DNA of 124,000 bases from Octopus vulgaris (taxonomy: Eukaryota), in contig OX597826.1 of assembly GCA_951406725.2 (NCBI GenBank), forward strand, positions 60,160,001-60,284,000, written 5' to 3'. This document shows, piece by piece, positions 122,238-124,000 of the stretch. Both the position numbers and the translations under genes were made by a program. Under the pieces are notes generated by a model. That model was not told where the DNA came from. It made no database searches and saw only the letters and a program-made list of their open reading frames with translations. Numbering within the stretch: position 1 is the first letter of the stretch; the number at the start of each line of letters is the position of its first letter.

Positions 122238-122286
122238 GCTTCCTGATGATTTCTTTTGAATGAAACAGTTCTAGTCCTGTAGAAGC
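122238..122286 (+). ncRNA. Type I hammerhead ribozyme candidate
   Basis: GCTTC-CTGATGA-T-TTC(TTTT)GAA-T-GAAA-CAG(TTCTAGTC)CTG-TA-GAAGC. All three stems pair and the cleavage triplet is GUA; 10.1-11.1 is U-U instead of R-Y. Confidence 0.7.
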
Positions 122287-122599
122287 TCCTTCTATAAAAT
122301 AAATATATATATATATATATATATATAGTAATACTAATATTACTAGAATTTACCGTATAACGGTCCTGGTTTCATACCGAATTCTATTTGGTGAAATTTA
122401 TTGATTACTTCGTAATTAATTAGTTTTACCCTTAATTGCTATATATATATGGTTTCACATGAAATGTCGCATTTCTAATTATTTGTTATTTCAATCATTT
122501 AAAAACTCAATGATGTATACTATTGTATTTAAAGTTGACTCTTTTTTTCTTTCCCAGTAATATTGGAATACAAAATTCGTCCCCACAGACCTTATGAAA

Positions 122600-122785
122600 A
122601 TGATAACAACCAAATAGCTGTTGAATGATTTTCTCGTATGAGTACATACTGGGTCACCCTGCTGCAGAGGCTCTACAGAATATCAAGCGGGTCTTTCTTA
122701 ATGGCTTTGTTGACATCAGAACTTTTCAGAGAAGGTTCCAAAATTTTCGTTCAGGTGGTGATAGCCTTGAAAATAAACCAAGGAT
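122600..122785 (+). mobile_element. Mariner transposase N-terminal remnant
   Basis: IFSYEYILGHPAAEA...DIRTFQRRFQNFRSGGDSLENKPR resembles the mariner HTH region. Confidence 0.75.
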
Positions 122786-122829
122786 AATTAAAGGTGTTAC
122801 ATTCCTACTTCCAAAACATGAAGAAACAT

Positions 122830-123760
122830 ATTAACCAAAGATTTATCGACCCATAACCTGCTTAACAGCAATGTATAAAGTACTAACATCTGTCTTGACT
122901 GAATATACTTATAGTTTTTTAATGGAAAGTGGCATGTTCGTTAATGAGCAAGAAGGATGTAAACGTGGGTCCTGTGGTTGTAAAGATCAGCTACTCATCA
123001 ATTAGATGATCTTAGGAGATAGTAACAAACGACACAAGTTGTCGATAGACTGGATAGACTATATAAAATACTCTTGATAGTCTACTATGTAGCTGGATTA
123101 AGAAATGTATAAAATCGTACCTACTGTAAATATGAGACCTACACTGACTTACAAATATGAGAACTACACTGACTTTCAACAGTGACAATGAATCTCTCAA
123201 TGTTGGAGATGTAAGAAATGCAAGTGGCATTTTCCAGGGAGACTTTCTATCATTATTCGTCTTTTGTCTAGCCTTAATACCCCTCTCGAAATTGCTCGAT
123301 GATGTACAATATGGCTATAAAATATTATATCTGATAACATCTCTTTTACACGGTTGAATTAAAGTACTTTGCAAAAATGATCAACAACTACTGGGTTTAC
123401 TAGCATTTATTAAGTAATACAGTGATTACACCAGGATGCAATTTGGCTTCGATAAACGTACAAAAGTTACCTTTATGAAAGTAAAAATGATAGCAACATC
123501 CAACGTTAATATTGACCAACAGAACGTCATAAAGGAACAAGAAACAGGGGAGAGCTACAAATACCTAGGGGTATTTGAAGGTGATGAAATCAAACATGCA
123601 ACGATGGAGGAAATGATCAGAAAAGCATGTTTTCCTAGGGTAAGAGCAATACTTAAGACAGCGTTAAATATAAGAAACAGGATCGAAGCGATAAATATTT
123701 TAACCATACCAGTCGTGCCTTACAGTTTCAATATCATTAAGTGGTGTATTACTGAAATAT
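122830..123760 (+). pseudogene. Non-LTR reverse transcriptase remnant (R4-like)
   Basis: GIFQGDFLSLFVFCLALIPL, MQFGFDK, YKYLGV motifs with stops and frameshifts. Confidence 0.85.
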
Positions 123761-123769
123761 GTAATCTTA

Positions 123770-124000
123770 TTTATTTGTTGCCCACAAGGGGCTAAACATT
123801 GAGGGGACAAACAAGGACAGACAAAGGGATTAAGTTGATTACATCGACTCCAGTGCGTAACTGGTACTTAATTTATCGACACCGAAAGGGTGAAAGGCAA
123901 AGTCGCCCTCAGCGGATTTTGAACTCAGAAAGTAACGGCAGACGAAATACCGCTAAGCATTTCGCCCGGCGTGCTAACGTTTCTGCCAACTCGCCGCCTT
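123770..124000 (-). mobile_element. SINE family A
   Basis: Reverse complement of the family A consensus. Confidence 0.85.

Larger units (their letters stand above)
120971..122303. repeat. Long inverted repeat, ~245-bp near-identical arms (120971-~121215, ~122065-122303)
   Basis: Direct reading of the arms shows only a few differences; (TA)n flanks; each arm holds a hammerhead. Confidence 0.9.

Overview
AT-rich, microsatellite-saturated animal genomic DNA. The SINE families and repeat landscape suggest a coleoid cephalopod, probably Octopus (inference). Nearly all tracked ORFs are translations of (TA)n, (CA)n, (TAGA)n, (ATT)n and similar repeats and are not genes. One convincing protein gene is present: an apparently intronless class A GPCR on the minus strand (104432-105628). 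A CpG-rich promoter/first-exon-like island (100900-101420) and a few weak minus-strand exon candidates hint at another large gene. The rest is tRNA-derived SINEs of at least three families, decayed non-LTR retrotransposons (R4/Dong-like, RTE, HERO-like, Tx1-like), mariner remnants, Helentron/HINE-like elements, MITE-like foldbacks and a 57-bp minisatellite. The most notable signal is a dense set of hammerhead-ribozyme-like motifs (about 18) in short Penelope-like-element (PLE) derivatives, mostly embedded in (TA)n. They include a three-stem type I hammerhead present twice in a ~245-bp inverted repeat (120971-122303), a multi-copy family with covarying stems and a CUGU(N)GA core variant, and a 478-bp partial tandem with a type III-like motif. 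All calls were made by eye; no folding, alignment or database search was run, and repeat boundaries are approximate.
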